A stretch of 64,000 bases of DNA from a virus (IMGVR_UViG_3300045594_000145:1-64000); one strand, 5' to 3'. Numbered from the stretch's first letter, positions 1 to 12,600 are shown. Program-made: numbers and translations. Notes: generated by a model not told the origin, from the letters alone.

Positions 1-1921
1 AAGCTCCTGTTGGCTGTACAGTTCCACTTGTTCCACTTTGGTAAGTGATAATAGTCGACTTGATTCCAACGCCATCCTTGCCCGCTACACCATCTGTACC
101 ATTATTGCCGTCTTTGGCAACGTAGGAAACCGAATAAACAAGCTCACCGCTATTATCCGTATAGGTTAACGTGGTTCTAGTCCAAAGATATTGGCCTTTA
201 GTTAAAGTTGGAACGGTGGCTGACCAGGTCCCAATTGGTGCGGTTGTGCCACTTGAGCTTAATTGATAAGCAACAGCAGTTGATTTAATACCAACACCGT
301 CTTTACCTGCTACACCATCTTTACCTGTGTCACCTTTTGGCCCTTGCACCAGTTGCCAACTATAACTAGCTGGATTAGTACTATCAGCTTGCGTGAAGTC
401 TGTATAGCTACCGATGTACTTTCTAGAGCCGGGAGTATCCAGTGAAAAGTTTGCGTTACCGTCACTGCTATCTGAATAGGCAATATGGAAGTACGGTGTC
501 CTACCATCTGCACCCTTTGGCCCAGGTACCCCATCTTTACCATCTGCACCATCAGCACCCTTAATCAGTGACCAAGCATACTTGGTTGGGTCGTTACTAT
601 CATCAGCAATCTGATCAACATACATACCAATGTAAGTCGTTGAAGCAGAAGGCGTTTGAGTAAGCCCTGAACCTGAATTTGAAGTCGCATAGGCTATGTG
701 AGTGTAGCTTGATTTACCGTCTGCACCCTTAGGGCCTTGTATACCTTGGGCCCCATCTAATAATCTTACGATAGTTTCAGTATCATATACAGTAGAATCA
801 TCTGTCGTTAATTTAATTACGACAGACGTAATCGTGTCAGTATATAAATCAGAATTTTCCGATAAAGTTAATATATTATCTGAAATAGTAATCCCGTGCG
901 CGCCAGTGACCGCATCAATCCAAGTTAAACCGCCATTCACCGAATATTGCCATTTACTGAAGGCAACTGATTGTAAAGATGGCGTTAAAGTAATTAAGTC
1001 TGGAGTAAAAGTTACTCCACCATCCATGGACTTAAAAACCTGCGCGGTCGCTAGAATATTTGCAACTTTCCCAGAAGTACCAGAAGTACCATTTGTACCG
1101 GCCCTTGCTTTACTTAAACTGAAAATTTTAGTGGTCGTTAAAGTTGGTAAATTCGCGGGTGTATAGGTTGCAGTAATTGCAACGTTCCCACTATCGGTGG
1201 TTAGATTTATTACCGTATAAATATGTGAAGTTGAATTATATGAGCCAATTACGTTTGTGAGAACAAAAGATATGTCTGATGTTGAAGTAACATCTTCTGA
1301 ACCATAGTAGACTTTAATAGAGGTTTTCGCATTTGAATAATCTCCGTTCTTCCCGTTGTTATCTGTTGAGATACTTTGATTTTCATTATCCAAAACTATT
1401 ATAAGTTGCTTATTTTTTTGAATCTGATCTGCTAAAACCTCTACTCCATTTAATAAAGCTTTCTCGCCATTTTTAACTTCTCCATCTGAATAGACATAAA
1501 TTACTCTTGTCCAGAGGTAGGGTTTATCAGTTGTTGGAGTTGGTTCAGTCGTAACCCAGCCAGGATCACTCTCAGGTATATCTGTTTTAACATTAGAGTT
1601 AGAAAGATAATATTGCATAGTTAAATCTGAAATAGATTTTCCGCCGCTCACCGTTGAGGTGACGCTGCAAAGTACAACATTATTATCTTCTGAGCCATCG
1701 AATAAAACTAAAATGACCTCACCAATTTTAAAATTAGAGATAGCAGAATATCCAAAATACTCATGATTATTATAAGAAAATTTTACATAACAAGCAATTG
1801 GGTCTAGTGCAACAACCTTACCTTTAACAATCTGCAAATGAGTCATTTGACTATTCTGCATCTTAGTAATGGTTTCGACCGCTTCAATAAACTTTTTTTG
1901 GATATCCTCGACTGTACTCAT
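1..1921 (-). CDS. Tail fibre / host-specificity protein with collagen-like repeats (3' end outside window)
   Basis: Open frame from ATG 1921 (MSTVEDIQKK...) to the window edge, absent from the ORF track because it has no stop; G-X-Y repeats (GAQGIQGPKGADG, GKDGVPGPKGADG), repeated YTHIAYA/YFHIAYS and YLWTR modules typical of Firmicutes siphophage anti-receptors. Confidence 0.8.
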   Translation of the reverse strand, partial: MSTVEDIQKKFIEAVETITKMQNSQMTHLQIVKGKVVALDPIACYVKFSYNNHEYFGYSAISNFKIGEVILVLFDGSEDNNVVLCSVTSTVSGGKSISDLTMQYYLSNSNVKTDIPESDPGWVTTEPTPTTDKPYLWTRVIYVYSDGEVKNGEKALLNGVEVLADQIQKNKQLIIVLDNENQSISTDNNGKNGDYSNAKTSIKVYYGSEDVTSTSDISFVLTNVIGSYNSTSHIYTVINLTTDSGNVAITATYTPANLPTLTTTKIFSLSKARAGTNGTSGTSGKVANILATAQVFKSMDGGVTFTPDLITLTPSLQSVAFSKWQYSVNGGLTWIDAVTGAHGITISDNILTLSENSDLYTDTITSVVIKLTTDDSTVYDTETIVRLLDGAQGIQGPKGADGKSSYTHIAYATSNSGSGLTQTPSASTTYIGMYVDQIADDSNDPTKYAWSLIKGADGADGKDGVPGPKGADGRTPYFHIAYSDSSDGNANFSLDTPGSRKYIGSYTDFTQADSTNPASYSWQLVQGPKGDTGKDGVAGKDGVGIKSTAVAYQLSSSGTTAPIGTWSATVPTLTKGQYLWTRTTLTYTDNSGELVYSVSYVAKDGNNGTDGVAGKDGVGIKSTIITYQSGTSGTVQPTGA

Positions 1922-1931
1922 CTTCCCTCTC

Positions 1932-2453
1932 CTACTCTAACTGCGACTTGCCAATACAAATTGCATCAGCTTCATCTTCTTTAGAGGTTATATTATAAAT
2001 CTTATCTACAAAGTCCATCGTTTCTTTCTTTTGGTCTCTTCGATATTGTGACTTAATTCCACACTTGCTCTTCCATGAACTTGGAGTTATAAACTTATAT
2101 TCATAGCCATTTTGTAAACAGACGTTTGCCAGAACCCCTTGTAAATGAGCTAGTGTTTTAAATGTTACTACATTATTTTGGCTATTACCAAAATATTTTT
2201 TTGAACCATTAATAGTTTCTTGAAGTTGAATATCTTCAAGATATATTAATTTTATATTACCTTTCTGCGCGCAGTATTCAAGTAAGGAAGAAAACCATTT
2301 TCTAATTTCTTCAATTCTTTTGTCCGCGCTATCAAGTGCAGAAGGTTTATATACTCCATGTCCAATTAAACAACTATTCTCCCAAACCGCATAACCGCAA
2401 GCCGTTGTAGATTGATCAAGAGAAATGTAAACATCATTTCCCAGTTGATCCAA
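1932..2453 (-). CDS. RuvC-like Holliday junction resolvase
   Basis: ISLDQSTTACG, IYLED, PSSWK and DEADAICIG motifs; probable TTG start 2453 after GAAAGG. Confidence 0.75.
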   Translation of the reverse strand: MDQLGNDVYISLDQSTTACGYAVWENSCLIGHGVYKPSALDSADKRIEEIRKWFSSLLEYCAQKGNIKLIYLEDIQLQETINGSKKYFGNSQNNVVTFKTLAHLQGVLANVCLQNGYEYKFITPSSWKSKCGIKSQYRRDQKKETMDFVDKIYNITSKEDEADAICIGKSQLE

Positions 2454-2946
2454 AACCAGAAATCCTTTCTTCTGAGATTTCTTCCTCTTGATCAACGGTA
2501 ATGTAGTTCATTATTACTGCCTGCGCGATTCTTTCTCCTTTTTTGATTAATATATCATATGGAGAAAGATTAATCATTGCGACTTTAATTTCATTTGGAT
2601 AATAGTCTGAATCTACTGTGCCAGGAGTATTAGGTATAATTAGTAGATTCTTTGTTGCAATACTACTGCGGGGTCTTATGTCAAGAACATCATTTTGCTG
2701 TCCTTTATAAGTTATTCCTGTCGGAACTAAGGTTGCTTTACTCCCAGTAGCTTTAAGTAATTGTGCAGATTCTTCCAAGGTAAAAAATTGGTCTCTTTTC
2801 GCACAAGAAAAATTTAACGATGGGATCAAGATATCTTCAGAAGCACATAAATCATATCCAGCGCTAAATTTAGTTGCTCTTTTAGGAAGAGAAGTTCCAG
2901 CTGGAGCATTGGTAATTAATTCAAATTTACGCATCTTCTTCTGCAT
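2434..2946 (-). CDS. dut: Trimeric dUTPase
   Basis: SAGYDL, RPRSS, GTVDSDY, ERIAQ, RISGFGSTG motifs I-V. Confidence 0.95.
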   Translation of the reverse strand: MQKKMRKFELITNAPAGTSLPKRATKFSAGYDLCASEDILIPSLNFSCAKRDQFFTLEESAQLLKATGSKATLVPTGITYKGQQNDVLDIRPRSSIATKNLLIIPNTPGTVDSDYYPNEIKVAMINLSPYDILIKKGERIAQAVIMNYITVDQEEEISEERISGFGSTGK

Positions 2947-3163
2947 GAGTCTCGGCTCCGATTAAGGTTTTAACATCCTCGACTCTTTCTTTTAATGTAA
3001 CAATCCAGCACTCAGATGTTTTTGTAGTTGGCTTTTTGTACTTCACAGAAGAATTTTCAATGACCTTTTCTTTGCGATTCTTGTCTACGAAATCATATGC
3101 TGCGGTCTCGGAGAAAAATAATGTTTCAGTTGTTGTTGATAATAAATAATTTTGTTCACTCAT
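2927..3163 (-). CDS. Hypothetical protein
   Basis: ORF with RBS, in operon orientation. Confidence 0.6.
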   Translation of the reverse strand: MSEQNYLLSTTTETLFFSETAAYDFVDKNRKEKVIENSSVKYKKPTTKTSECWIVTLKERVEDVKTLIGAETHAEEDA

Positions 3164-3183
3164 AATAATAGTTCCTTTCTATA

Positions 3184-3411
3184 TTAGTCTAAATGAATTT
3201 GTATGTTTGAATAATTGATAACAAGATCTTTCATCATCTTATGATGCTGAATGGTCAAATCATCAATGCGGTATAACCTTAAATATGATTCTATTTCTTC
3301 TTTTGCTAACTTAGGGCTAATAGAAACAAAGAATGGAGTTGTACCATCTTGCTCAATCTTCATTTTATACCCATAAGTAAAAGTAAGCATATCAATAGTT
3401 GCTTTATTCAT
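3184..3411 (-). CDS. Hypothetical protein
   Basis: ORF with GGAGG RBS. Confidence 0.6.
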   Translation of the reverse strand: MNKATIDMLTFTYGYKMKIEQDGTTPFFVSISPKLAKEEIESYLRLYRIDDLTIQHHKMMKDLVINYSNIQIHLD

Positions 3412-3421
3412 AAATTCCTCC

Positions 3422-3961
3422 TTAAGTCATATAGAATTTTAAATTCTTAAAAGGTGGTATTTGATTTTTTAGCAATCTTTCTAAATCTTCCTCAGATATA
3501 CCAACTTTTTTTTGTACTTCTTTTTGATTTCTATAATAAATAATTTCTTTATTATATATATTATAACTGTAATATTTATAATATCCAGGAGTTACGTTCA
3601 TCGTTTTATCTCTGGCTATAAATCTAGTATTATAATCTTCAGTATTTTTTAACTCTGGGAATAAATATCCAACGAGATTTTTTAGTAATAGCGTAGACTG
3701 TAAAGTATTTAAGTCTTGAGTAGTGTATGAATATTTAATATATTCTTCAACACTATATTTACGTTTGATCTCTAGTATAGCTAATAATTTATTTGGTTTA
3801 TCTTCTTTTAAACTACAGTAAGCTACTCTCCCATAATTACTGCACCAATATCTTTGAATAAATTTTCTATCTTTTATCATCTCTGGTAAAAGTTCTTTCC
3901 AGACTTCTTCTGGATCGCTCCCTATTGGAAATTTTCCACCGCCAAATTTATCTTTTAACAT
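3422..3961 (-). CDS. Hypothetical protein, NUMOD4-like N-terminal motif
   Basis: YWCSNYGRV resembles NUMOD4 (YxVSNxGRV); no clear HNH motif; own sigmaA promoter at ~3985-4011. Confidence 0.45.
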   Translation of the reverse strand: MLKDKFGGGKFPIGSDPEEVWKELLPEMIKDRKFIQRYWCSNYGRVAYCSLKEDKPNKLLAILEIKRKYSVEEYIKYSYTTQDLNTLQSTLLLKNLVGYLFPELKNTEDYNTRFIARDKTMNVTPGYYKYYSYNIYNKEIIYYRNQKEVQKKVGISEEDLERLLKNQIPPFKNLKFYMT

Positions 3962-4012
3962 ATATCATTACCTTATATAATAATTTTATCATATTTTTTT
4001 AATTTTGTCAAA

Positions 4013-4040
4013 TAAAAAGAGCAAATCACTTTGCTCTTTT
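4013..4040 (-). terminator. Intrinsic terminator after nrdG
   Basis: AAAAGAGCAAA...TTTGCTCTTTT hairpin with U-tract. Confidence 0.65.
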
Positions 4041-4523
4041 AAAAATCTTTTCCTCGGTATCTTATCTGTTGGTTGGTAGAACCGCGCAACTCAAGAGTTA
4101 TATCTCTTTTGTCTTCTTCAAAAGGCCCGTCTATTAGAACATCAATAAAATCTAATGCACTTTTTACAATAGGCTCTCTTTCTTTAAGCTGCTCTAAAGT
4201 ATACCCCGTCCAACAATAGATTCTGCGGTCTGGATATTTTTGCTTTACGTGACTAACAACAGTATATGTAAAAGCAATATTATAAGGGGCGAATGGCTCT
4301 CCGCCGAGGACACTAAGATTTCTCTTAATGCCATTAGCGTTTAAAGCCATATCAATCTTATTTAATATATCAGACGGTATTTCTTCTCCGCCATCCGGAT
4401 CCCATGTTTGAGGATTGTGACACCCTTTACAATGAATTGTTAAGGGCATCCCTGAACCCAAATAGAAACACAAACACCATGTCCATCAACAACGTCGTTT
4501 TCCATTAATCCAGCAATGCGCAT
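4039..4523 (-). pseudogene. nrdG: Anaerobic RNR activase (radical SAM), interrupted by a 5-nt insertion
   Basis: ATG 4523 gives MRIAGLMENDVVDGHGVCVSIWVQGCP then TAA; removing TAACA (4438-4442) restores GCPIHCKGCHNP (CxxxCxxC), then LGGEP, DVLIDGPF, RGSTNQ. Confidence 0.8.
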
Positions 4524-4538
4524 CAAACCACCTTCTTT

Positions 4539-6809
4539 CTATAATACTTCATGAGAATTTCTAGCAATTACATCTAACTGCTGTTCTCTTGTTAAGTCAA
4601 TAAACTTAACTGCATATCCACTAACTCTTATTGTAAAGTTAGCATATTCTTCCTTTTCAGGATGCTCCATTGCGTCCTTTAATTTATCTAATCCAAACAC
4701 ATTAACATTCAAATGATGACCCCCACCACTGAAATATCCATCAAGAATATTCACTAAGTTTTCAGATCTTTCTTCTGGAGAGTGACCCAAAGCAGATGGG
4801 TTGATTGTTTGTGTATTTGATATCCCATCAAGCGCATATTCATAAGGTACTTTAGCAACACTATTCAATGAAGCTAATAAACCATCAATTTCTGCGCCAT
4901 AAGATGGGTTAGCGCCTGGAGAGAACGGCGCATAGGCTATCCTTCCATCTGGTAATGCCCCAGTAGCTTTCCCATAAACTACATTCGATGTTATTGTGAG
5001 TATAGAAGTAGTCGGTTCACTATTTCTATATGTATGATTTTTCTTGATTTTTGTAATAAAAGTTTTTAATAGCCAAATTGCAATATCATCCGCGCGATCA
5101 TCATCATTACCATATCTTGGGAAGTCTCCTTCTGTTTGATAATCAATTACTAAGCCATCAGTATTTCTGATAGTCTTTACTTTAGCATATTTAATCGCAC
5201 TCAGTGAATCGACAACGTGCGAAAATCCGGCAATTCCAGTTGCAAAAGTTCTTCTTACATCTGTATCAATTAGAGCCATTTCCGCCGCTTCATAGTAATA
5301 TTTGTCGTGCATATACTGTATAGTATTTAAAATATTAACATATAATCCAGCAAGCCAATCAAGCATAATATCATACTCATGCATTACCTCATTATAGTCT
5401 AAATATTCAGAAGTAATTGGTGCGTACTCTGGCGCTACCTGTAAGGCTTTTCCATTGTCATCGGTGAATTTTTCATCTTTGCCGCCATTGATTGCGTACA
5501 ATAAGCATTTTGCTAAATTTGCTCTTGCCCCAAAGAATTGCATTTCTTTTCCTGTCTGTGTCGCTGAAACGCAACAACAAATACTATAATCATCGCCCCA
5601 GATTGGACGCATTACATCATCATTTTCATATTGAATTGAAGATGTTGCGATAGAAATCTTTGTTGTATATTTTTTAAATGCTCTAGGTAATCTATCACTG
5701 TATAGTACAGTTAAATTTGGTTCTGGAGACGGCCCCATATTCTCTAAGGTATGAAGGAATCTGAAATCATTCTTAGTGACCATATGCCTTCCATCTTGAC
5801 CAATACCACCTACTTCAAGAGTAGCCCAGACAGGATCTCCGGAGAATAGGGCATTATATGACGGAATGCGGGCAAATTTCACCATTCTAAATTTTAGAAC
5901 TAACTGGTCAATTAATTCTTGTGCTTCAGATTCAGTAATCCATCCTTTTTCTAAATCTCTCTGGATATAAATATCTAAAAAAGTAGATATTCTGCCCACA
6001 GACATTGCCGCGCCATTTTGTGTCTTAATTGCAGCTAAATATCCAAAGTATAACCATTGGACAGCTTCCCGTGCAGTCTTAGCTGGTTTAGAAATATCGT
6101 ACCCATAAATAAGCGCCATCGCTTTTATCCCTTCTAAGGCTCTTATCTGATCACTAATTTCTTCCCTCAGACGAATTATATCATCTGTCATGGTGCCATT
6201 GCCGCAATTAGCAAAATCTTCTTGTTTTTTCTCTATTAAGAAATCAATACCATAGAGCGCAATTCTTCTATAATCTCCGACAATGCGACCCCTACCGTAG
6301 GTGTCTGGCAGTCCAGTTACAATATGGCAATGTCTTGCAATTTTCATTTCTGGCGTATATACATCAAAGACACCTTGATTATGAGTCTTATGATATTCAT
6401 TGAAAATTTGATCATACTTTGAATTAATTGTATAACCATAAGTCTTCGCCGCTTCTTGCGCCATCTTAATTCCGCCATAAGGCATAAATGCACGTTTAAG
6501 AGGTTTATCTGTCTGTAGACCGACAATTTTTTCTAGACTTTTGTCAAGATAACCAGGCCCATAGGCTGTGAGACCACTTACGATTTCAGTCTCACAGTCT
6601 AATACGCCGCCATTATTTCTTTCTTGTTTCTGTAAATCTTGCAACTTACTCCAAAGTTTATTAGTTGCATCTGTCGGTTCAGTTAAGAACTCTTCATCAC
6701 CATTATATTGAGTATAATTATGCTGAATGAAATCTCTGACATTAATTTCTGTTTTCCACTTAGAACCTTGGAAAGATGACCATGCTTCATTATAATTATT
6801 TTCAGTCAT
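4539..6809 (-). CDS. pflB: Pyruvate formate-lyase (formate acetyltransferase)
   Basis: 756 aa; [33 protein letters not shown] catalytic Cys pair, C-terminal RVSGYAV glycyl-radical motif. Confidence 0.97.
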   Translation of the reverse strand: MTENNYNEAWSSFQGSKWKTEINVRDFIQHNYTQYNGDEEFLTEPTDATNKLWSKLQDLQKQERNNGGVLDCETEIVSGLTAYGPGYLDKSLEKIVGLQTDKPLKRAFMPYGGIKMAQEAAKTYGYTINSKYDQIFNEYHKTHNQGVFDVYTPEMKIARHCHIVTGLPDTYGRGRIVGDYRRIALYGIDFLIEKKQEDFANCGNGTMTDDIIRLREEISDQIRALEGIKAMALIYGYDISKPAKTAREAVQWLYFGYLAAIKTQNGAAMSVGRISTFLDIYIQRDLEKGWITESEAQELIDQLVLKFRMVKFARIPSYNALFSGDPVWATLEVGGIGQDGRHMVTKNDFRFLHTLENMGPSPEPNLTVLYSDRLPRAFKKYTTKISIATSSIQYENDDVMRPIWGDDYSICCCVSATQTGKEMQFFGARANLAKCLLYAINGGKDEKFTDDNGKALQVAPEYAPITSEYLDYNEVMHEYDIMLDWLAGLYVNILNTIQYMHDKYYYEAAEMALIDTDVRRTFATGIAGFSHVVDSLSAIKYAKVKTIRNTDGLVIDYQTEGDFPRYGNDDDRADDIAIWLLKTFITKIKKNHTYRNSEPTTSILTITSNVVYGKATGALPDGRIAYAPFSPGANPSYGAEIDGLLASLNSVAKVPYEYALDGISNTQTINPSALGHSPEERSENLVNILDGYFSGGGHHLNVNVFGLDKLKDAMEHPEKEEYANFTIRVSGYAVKFIDLTREQQLDVIARNSHEVL

Positions 6810-9021
6810 TTTTCTTCACTCCAACGGCATCGCCAATTTCTTCTCCGCCTAAGTGAACGTATCTATCCTCAATTTCATTAGTTCTTCCATAATTCCAATA
6901 ATGTGAGCCAATATATCCGCAAGTACGTCTAGCTACATTCATTTTAGATTGATCAGTATTTCCGCAATTTGGGCAATACCAACTCATATCTTTAGGATTA
7001 ATTTTTATTTCCCCTTCATATCCGCAAACTTGGCAATAATCTGATTTGGTATTAAGTTCAGCGTACATAATATTATTATATATAAACTTTATCACAGAAA
7101 TTACTGCTGGAATATTTTGTGTTAAATCTGCGCATTCAATATAGCTGATTGCTCCTCCAGGGCTTAATTTTTGGAATTTACTCTCAATACTTAGCTTTGT
7201 AAAAGGATCAATCTTTTCAAAAACTGGAATATGATAGCTATTCGTAATATATTCTCTGTCTTTCCCATCTAATTTAATAAAAGCATCTTCACCAAATCTC
7301 TTCTTGATAGCTTTCGCAAATTTATAAGTAGTTGATTCAATAGGAGAGCCATATAAACTATAATCAATGTCTTCTTCTGATTTCCATTGATTACATTTAT
7401 CATTTAATTTTTTCATTACTTCTAGGCCGAATTTTTCTCCAACTCCATTGTCGCTTTGAGAATTACCCGTCATGTATTTAACACATTCATATAACCCCGC
7501 ATATCCAAGGGATATTGTAGAATAACCATGATGAATTAAATCATGTAACTTTTCTCCTTTATCCAATCTTGCAAATGCGCCAGCTTGCCATAAAATAGGA
7601 GCTACATCAGAAGTAACCTGTTCTAACCTATTAATTCTAACTTGCAATGCTTTATGACATAATTCAGTTCTTTCTTCAAATAACTTCCAGAAAATATTAA
7701 TATCTCTTTCTGAACTCATAGCTAAATCAACTAAATTAATAGTTGTCACGCCCATATTAAATCTTCCATAATATTTATCTTTTTCCGGATTATAATTATT
7801 ACATTTACTATAATTTTTAGTCGTTCTATCTGGAGTTAGGAAAGATCTGCACCCCATACATGGATACACAGCTCCTTTATATTCTAGCATTTTCTTTGCT
7901 GAGATATAATCTGGAACCATCCTCTTAGCAGTACATTTTGCGGCCAATTCTGTTAAATACCAATATGGGCTATCTTCACTAATATTATTTTCTTCTAAAA
8001 CATATAATAACTTAGGAAAAGCCGGAGTGACGTAAACTCCTTTTTCATTCTTCATTCCCTTAATTCTTTGTTTAAGAAATTCTTCGATTAACATTGCTGT
8101 TTCTTTAGTGTATTCTGGATTTTCTGACAAATACATATTAACAGATAAGAATGGCGCTTGACCATTTGTTGTACTCATACTGTTTATTTGATAATTGAAA
8201 GTTTGAACTGAATCTTTTATTTCTTTTTTTGTATCTAAATCTGCAAATTTCTTTGCTTCTTGCTCATTCATGCCTCTATTAATATATTCATTATAATGTT
8301 CTTTCCAAGTCCCACGGATAAATGGAGACAGATGTGAAAGTGAAATGCTACACCCGCCAAATTGCGATGATGCCACGGCAGTAATAATTTGAGTCGCAAC
8401 TGTCATAGCCGTCGATAATCTCTTTTGAGGGTCAATGGTCACGCCATTAATTACAGTACCATTATTCAACATATCATCAAGGTTAATTAAGCAACAATTT
8501 GTTAAAGCCATCTGAGCCATATAATCCATATCATGAACATGAATTATTCCGGCATCATGAGCTTCTCTTACATCTTTTGGCAAAAGAAATCTTCTTGCAA
8601 TATCTGTAGAGGTAATTCCAGCAAGATAATCTCTCTGAGTTGTTACTACATTTGCATCTTTATTTGAATTTTCATGTGTCCAATAATCATTCCTTCCACA
8701 CAATAATTCTAATACTGCGCCATCTGTAATACTTCCTCTTGCGATAGTTCTTGCACTTCTATAATTAATATAGGCTTTTGCCACATCTTTTCTCTTAGTT
8801 GACATTAATCCATTTTCAACAAGATCTTGGATCTGTTCAACTGTTAGTGGCTCCGCAGATTTGTTAGCATTTTCTTCTACATATTCTGCGATGTTATGAG
8901 CCTTTGTGATAGCATACTCGGTCGTTTTGCCATCAACATCTGCAAATGCCGCAAGTACAGCATCTACAATTTTTTGCGGGTTAAATTCTACTTTACGCCC
9001 GTCTCTTTTTACAACGTACAT
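6802..9021 (-). CDS. nrdD: Class III anaerobic ribonucleotide reductase
   Basis: ATP-cone (VVKRDGR), [16 protein letters not shown], Zn-binding CQVC..CPNC, RRTCGY glycyl motif. Confidence 0.97.
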   Translation of the reverse strand: MYVVKRDGRKVEFNPQKIVDAVLAAFADVDGKTTEYAITKAHNIAEYVEENANKSAEPLTVEQIQDLVENGLMSTKRKDVAKAYINYRSARTIARGSITDGAVLELLCGRNDYWTHENSNKDANVVTTQRDYLAGITSTDIARRFLLPKDVREAHDAGIIHVHDMDYMAQMALTNCCLINLDDMLNNGTVINGVTIDPQKRLSTAMTVATQIITAVASSQFGGCSISLSHLSPFIRGTWKEHYNEYINRGMNEQEAKKFADLDTKKEIKDSVQTFNYQINSMSTTNGQAPFLSVNMYLSENPEYTKETAMLIEEFLKQRIKGMKNEKGVYVTPAFPKLLYVLEENNISEDSPYWYLTELAAKCTAKRMVPDYISAKKMLEYKGAVYPCMGCRSFLTPDRTTKNYSKCNNYNPEKDKYYGRFNMGVTTINLVDLAMSSERDINIFWKLFEERTELCHKALQVRINRLEQVTSDVAPILWQAGAFARLDKGEKLHDLIHHGYSTISLGYAGLYECVKYMTGNSQSDNGVGEKFGLEVMKKLNDKCNQWKSEEDIDYSLYGSPIESTTYKFAKAIKKRFGEDAFIKLDGKDREYITNSYHIPVFEKIDPFTKLSIESKFQKLSPGGAISYIECADLTQNIPAVISVIKFIYNNIMYAELNTKSDYCQVCGYEGEIKINPKDMSWYCPNCGNTDQSKMNVARRTCGYIGSHYWNYGRTNEIEDRYVHLGGEEIGDAVGVKKND

Positions 9022-9049
9022 ACTTTTCCTCCTTAGTATATAAATTAGT

Positions 9050-9616
9050 TTAAGGATTTTGATTTATTTGCATCATATCTTGAGCAATCTTTATAATGTC
9101 TCCTTCAATCCGGTCAAGATCGAGAACATCTTCATTCTTATAGATATAATCATAAAATTTACCTATTTCTTGGAAATCTTCTTCGTCTGCTAGAAATCTG
9201 CGGCATATCTCATGTGTGTCTGGCTTATCTTCTCGTTCTAATGCTCTTAAGAGCCTAATTTTACCATCTACACTTATGTATATAACCTTTAGAATAAATA
9301 CTTGAGGTAAATCTCTCATAGTTTTTAATTCAGAGAGCGTAAAGATTCCAATGTTTACTTTATCTTGCGATAAGTCATCCATTGAAACCCCATAATGCCA
9401 TCCTCTAAACTCATTTGAAATAAGCCAACCTTTTTTCGACCAATCTGCATCTGATATGAAGTGATACGCATCAAGAGATTCATTATCTCTCTTTGGTCTT
9501 GTGGTTGTTCGTATAATTTTATGCACGGTCTCAGAAGCACGACTAGCAACTCCATCTAAGATGGAATCTTTGCCAGCCGCACTCGGGCCGATTATAGCAA
9601 TAACTTTATAAATCAA
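9050..9616 (-). CDS. gmk: Guanylate kinase-like protein
   Basis: GPSAAGKD P-loop, TTTRPKRDNE, YHFIS, WHYG. Confidence 0.85.
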   Translation of the reverse strand: MIYKVIAIIGPSAAGKDSILDGVASRASETVHKIIRTTTRPKRDNESLDAYHFISDADWSKKGWLISNEFRGWHYGVSMDDLSQDKVNIGIFTLSELKTMRDLPQVFILKVIYISVDGKIRLLRALEREDKPDTHEICRRFLADEEDFQEIGKFYDYIYKNEDVLDLDRIEGDIIKIAQDMMQINQNP

Positions 9617-12600
9617 GCTTCTCCTCCTTGACCATATCGAGTGGAAGTATATTTTATATCTCCATTTTCTTCTACATCGGTAATCAAATAGATACGATGT
9701 TGCTCAATAGTGTCTTTATATCTTTTAGGAACAAAGGAATCTGCTCTTCTGAAACCTATAATCATAACTTTATTCCCAGTATTAAACCAAGACTTTTCAC
9801 GCACTTTCTTAACACCATTAACAACTTCAGAAATTTGCTTATTAAAGAAAGCATAATGTTCGTCAGATAGTTTAACATTAACAACTGAGCCATCTGGTGT
9901 TAATATTGTAAAACTCTTAGCAATATTGTTCTTTGAAATAACGGTTCCAATAATTTTATTAATCTTAAAGATTGGTATTTCCCTACCTTTGATATTATAA
10001 ACTCTGTCTATGATAGGATCTTCTGGTAAATCAGCATAGTTAGAAAGTTGATATTTATCAGAATTTACAATGGACAATTCATGCTCGTGGAAGTATATTC
10101 CCATACTATCCATTTCCCATTTAGAAATATTACCGATACAATATTTATTCCATGTAACATTAAATTGATATTCATTAAATTTAGATAATAATTCAGCTAA
10201 ATTCTTTGAAATATAATCCTTTGCGGGCAACATTGCTTTATCATAGACTTTTCTTTTCCAAGTCTTTGTATCTAATATGATATTATTGTCTTGAATAATA
10301 GTATAATCTTCATATCCTTGATAATTCTCAGATAAGAAAGCCTTTGCTCTATCATCAAGAAGATATTTATCTTCTCCAACCTTAAATTGTTTTAACTTTA
10401 TATACTTGAAGAAATTAAAAGTTCTTCTTTGTAAATCTAATTCTTGCGGAACCAAATTTCTTTCAATTAACCCGCTGAAATTACGCATATTTAATGTTGT
10501 TTTTAAATCTGCAATATTCTTAATATACTCTTTCATCAAATCAATTCTTGATACATTCTCTAAAGAATCAAACGCTCCCGCTTTAATTAAAGCAATAATA
10601 GCTGGTTTCTTAATTCTAACTCTATCATAGAAATCTGCAAAATCTTCATAAGGTCTATTATTAATAATTTCAGTTATCTCTCCGTCACCAACTCCACGGA
10701 GTCCTTTGAGCGCATAGACAATCTGTTCATTATCTGGGTCAGGAGTAAAACCACCTTCTGCAATATTAATATTAGGAGGAATAACTTTAATGCCGGCTGA
10801 TTTGATTTTGTTTAAAGCAACGGCAAGTTTACCGTAGTTGATAGCGCGGTTCTTCTTTTTATCGTCATTAACTTCTTCTTCATCACTATCATCTCCGCTT
10901 ATTTCTTGATAAGTATCAAAAGCAGAGATAGAATCACTATCTACAATTAAACAAGCGGTATCCCAATAAATAGGGTTCCAATGAGTTGCTAGATATGCAG
11001 ACTGATAGCCAATAATTGAATATGATGTGGAGTGGATACATTTAAGATTATTAAACTGACTATTTCTTACTGATTTTGTGAGAAGGTTTAGTAGACCTTC
11101 ATCAGCACACTGTTTCCAAGAACATATCAATAGTTCTTGTACTCTCCGTCTAACCAGAGATAGTCGATACAACGTTTCCATTTTATAGGATTTGTCACGA
11201 GATTTTGCCCTCGTTAGCAACTACAATATGTCTTTACTAGAGACATCAATTCATCAAATAGTTACCCCTGTGATAAGCAGGTTAAGTGTGTAAGCGCCAT
11301 CACAACGCTAAAGCCATAGCCCGCAGAGGGCATGACTACATAATTCCACTCATATTCTCCAAGCGCTTTAGATTTTGCACTTGCTAATATCTTTTCTCTA
11401 AGGGCAGGAAGTTTATCCATCTTTTTCTTAGAGATTACTTTTCTTGCGGCATTCGCATCTTTAAGAGAGAACCCGCAGATATCTGGATCAATAAGTGACC
11501 ACATGATTTGCTCTTGTGAAATTGCAACCCCATGTGATTCAAGCATATATCTTTCCATGACTTTCTGTTCTTGTTCATTTAGACCTTCTTGGCGCATTTC
11601 ATCGTACCAAAGGCTAATATCTTGTTTATATCGAGCAAACTTTTCAAGTGGCCGCTCTTTACCATCTTCAGCCATCAATCTAATTACTCCATTTGTATAA
11701 GATAAATCAGTAATTGTTTCTGGCTGAACAGTCTTAATGCCTTGACTACCTACATTGGAGTCAAACTGGAAGAAAGAAAGAATTTTACCTTCTTTAATCT
11801 TATCCCAAGTATCTTTATCATTCAGATTAAGATTATCTGGATGTAGATACTTCTCATAGGCTTGCCGCAATGTTAAATCTGGATCTATTTCACCATACTG
11901 CTGCAACAGTTGGATTGTTATTTTAATTTTATCTTGTATTGAAGTTAAAAGAAACGTGTTCTTCCATTATTTCTAATGGCACTGACTATATCTTCACCTT
12001 TTTTAAAGGGGGAACCACTTCGAGCGGTAGTTCATCATCCGCCCTAACCATATTTCGATGGATAGTCGATAGACTTTCCTAGTTATTTACTAGGCTTAGC
12101 ACTGGATTGCCTTCAGCATTATCTGTAAGGTTTCCCTGTTAGCAAAGGAATAAATCAGCCATTTCCTGCTGAACTTATTAAGTTCCTTCACACCTCTGAA
12201 CAATAGAGTTCAATTCCTTTCAATTACTTATCTCTAAGTAATAGGACTTTACTTATTTCAAATCATATTTCGTTAAACCTGCGGCTTCCGCAGATTCCAA
12301 ATCATATTGTGTTTCAATATCTCCACTAGGAGTTTTCATATAACAGCAAAATTCATAGGGGTCTTCATCTTGGAAAATAACTCCGCTTGCATGACTACCC
12401 CTTGATACTATAAGTCCTTCGACAGAGAGCATAATATCAAGTAATCCATCAAATGAGTCAACTTCTTTAACAAACGAAGGCAGTCTTCTGCGACCCTTTG
12501 CTTCATTACCATAATAGGCATCTTTAAGCGGCCAAGTGAATCCTCTTTCAGATGGAATAAGTGATGAAAGATATTTTGCAGTATCATCATCAATACCATC

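Noticed and set aside
310-1166. ORFs 310-558 and 834-1166
   Set aside because: Shadow frames of the tail fibre gene
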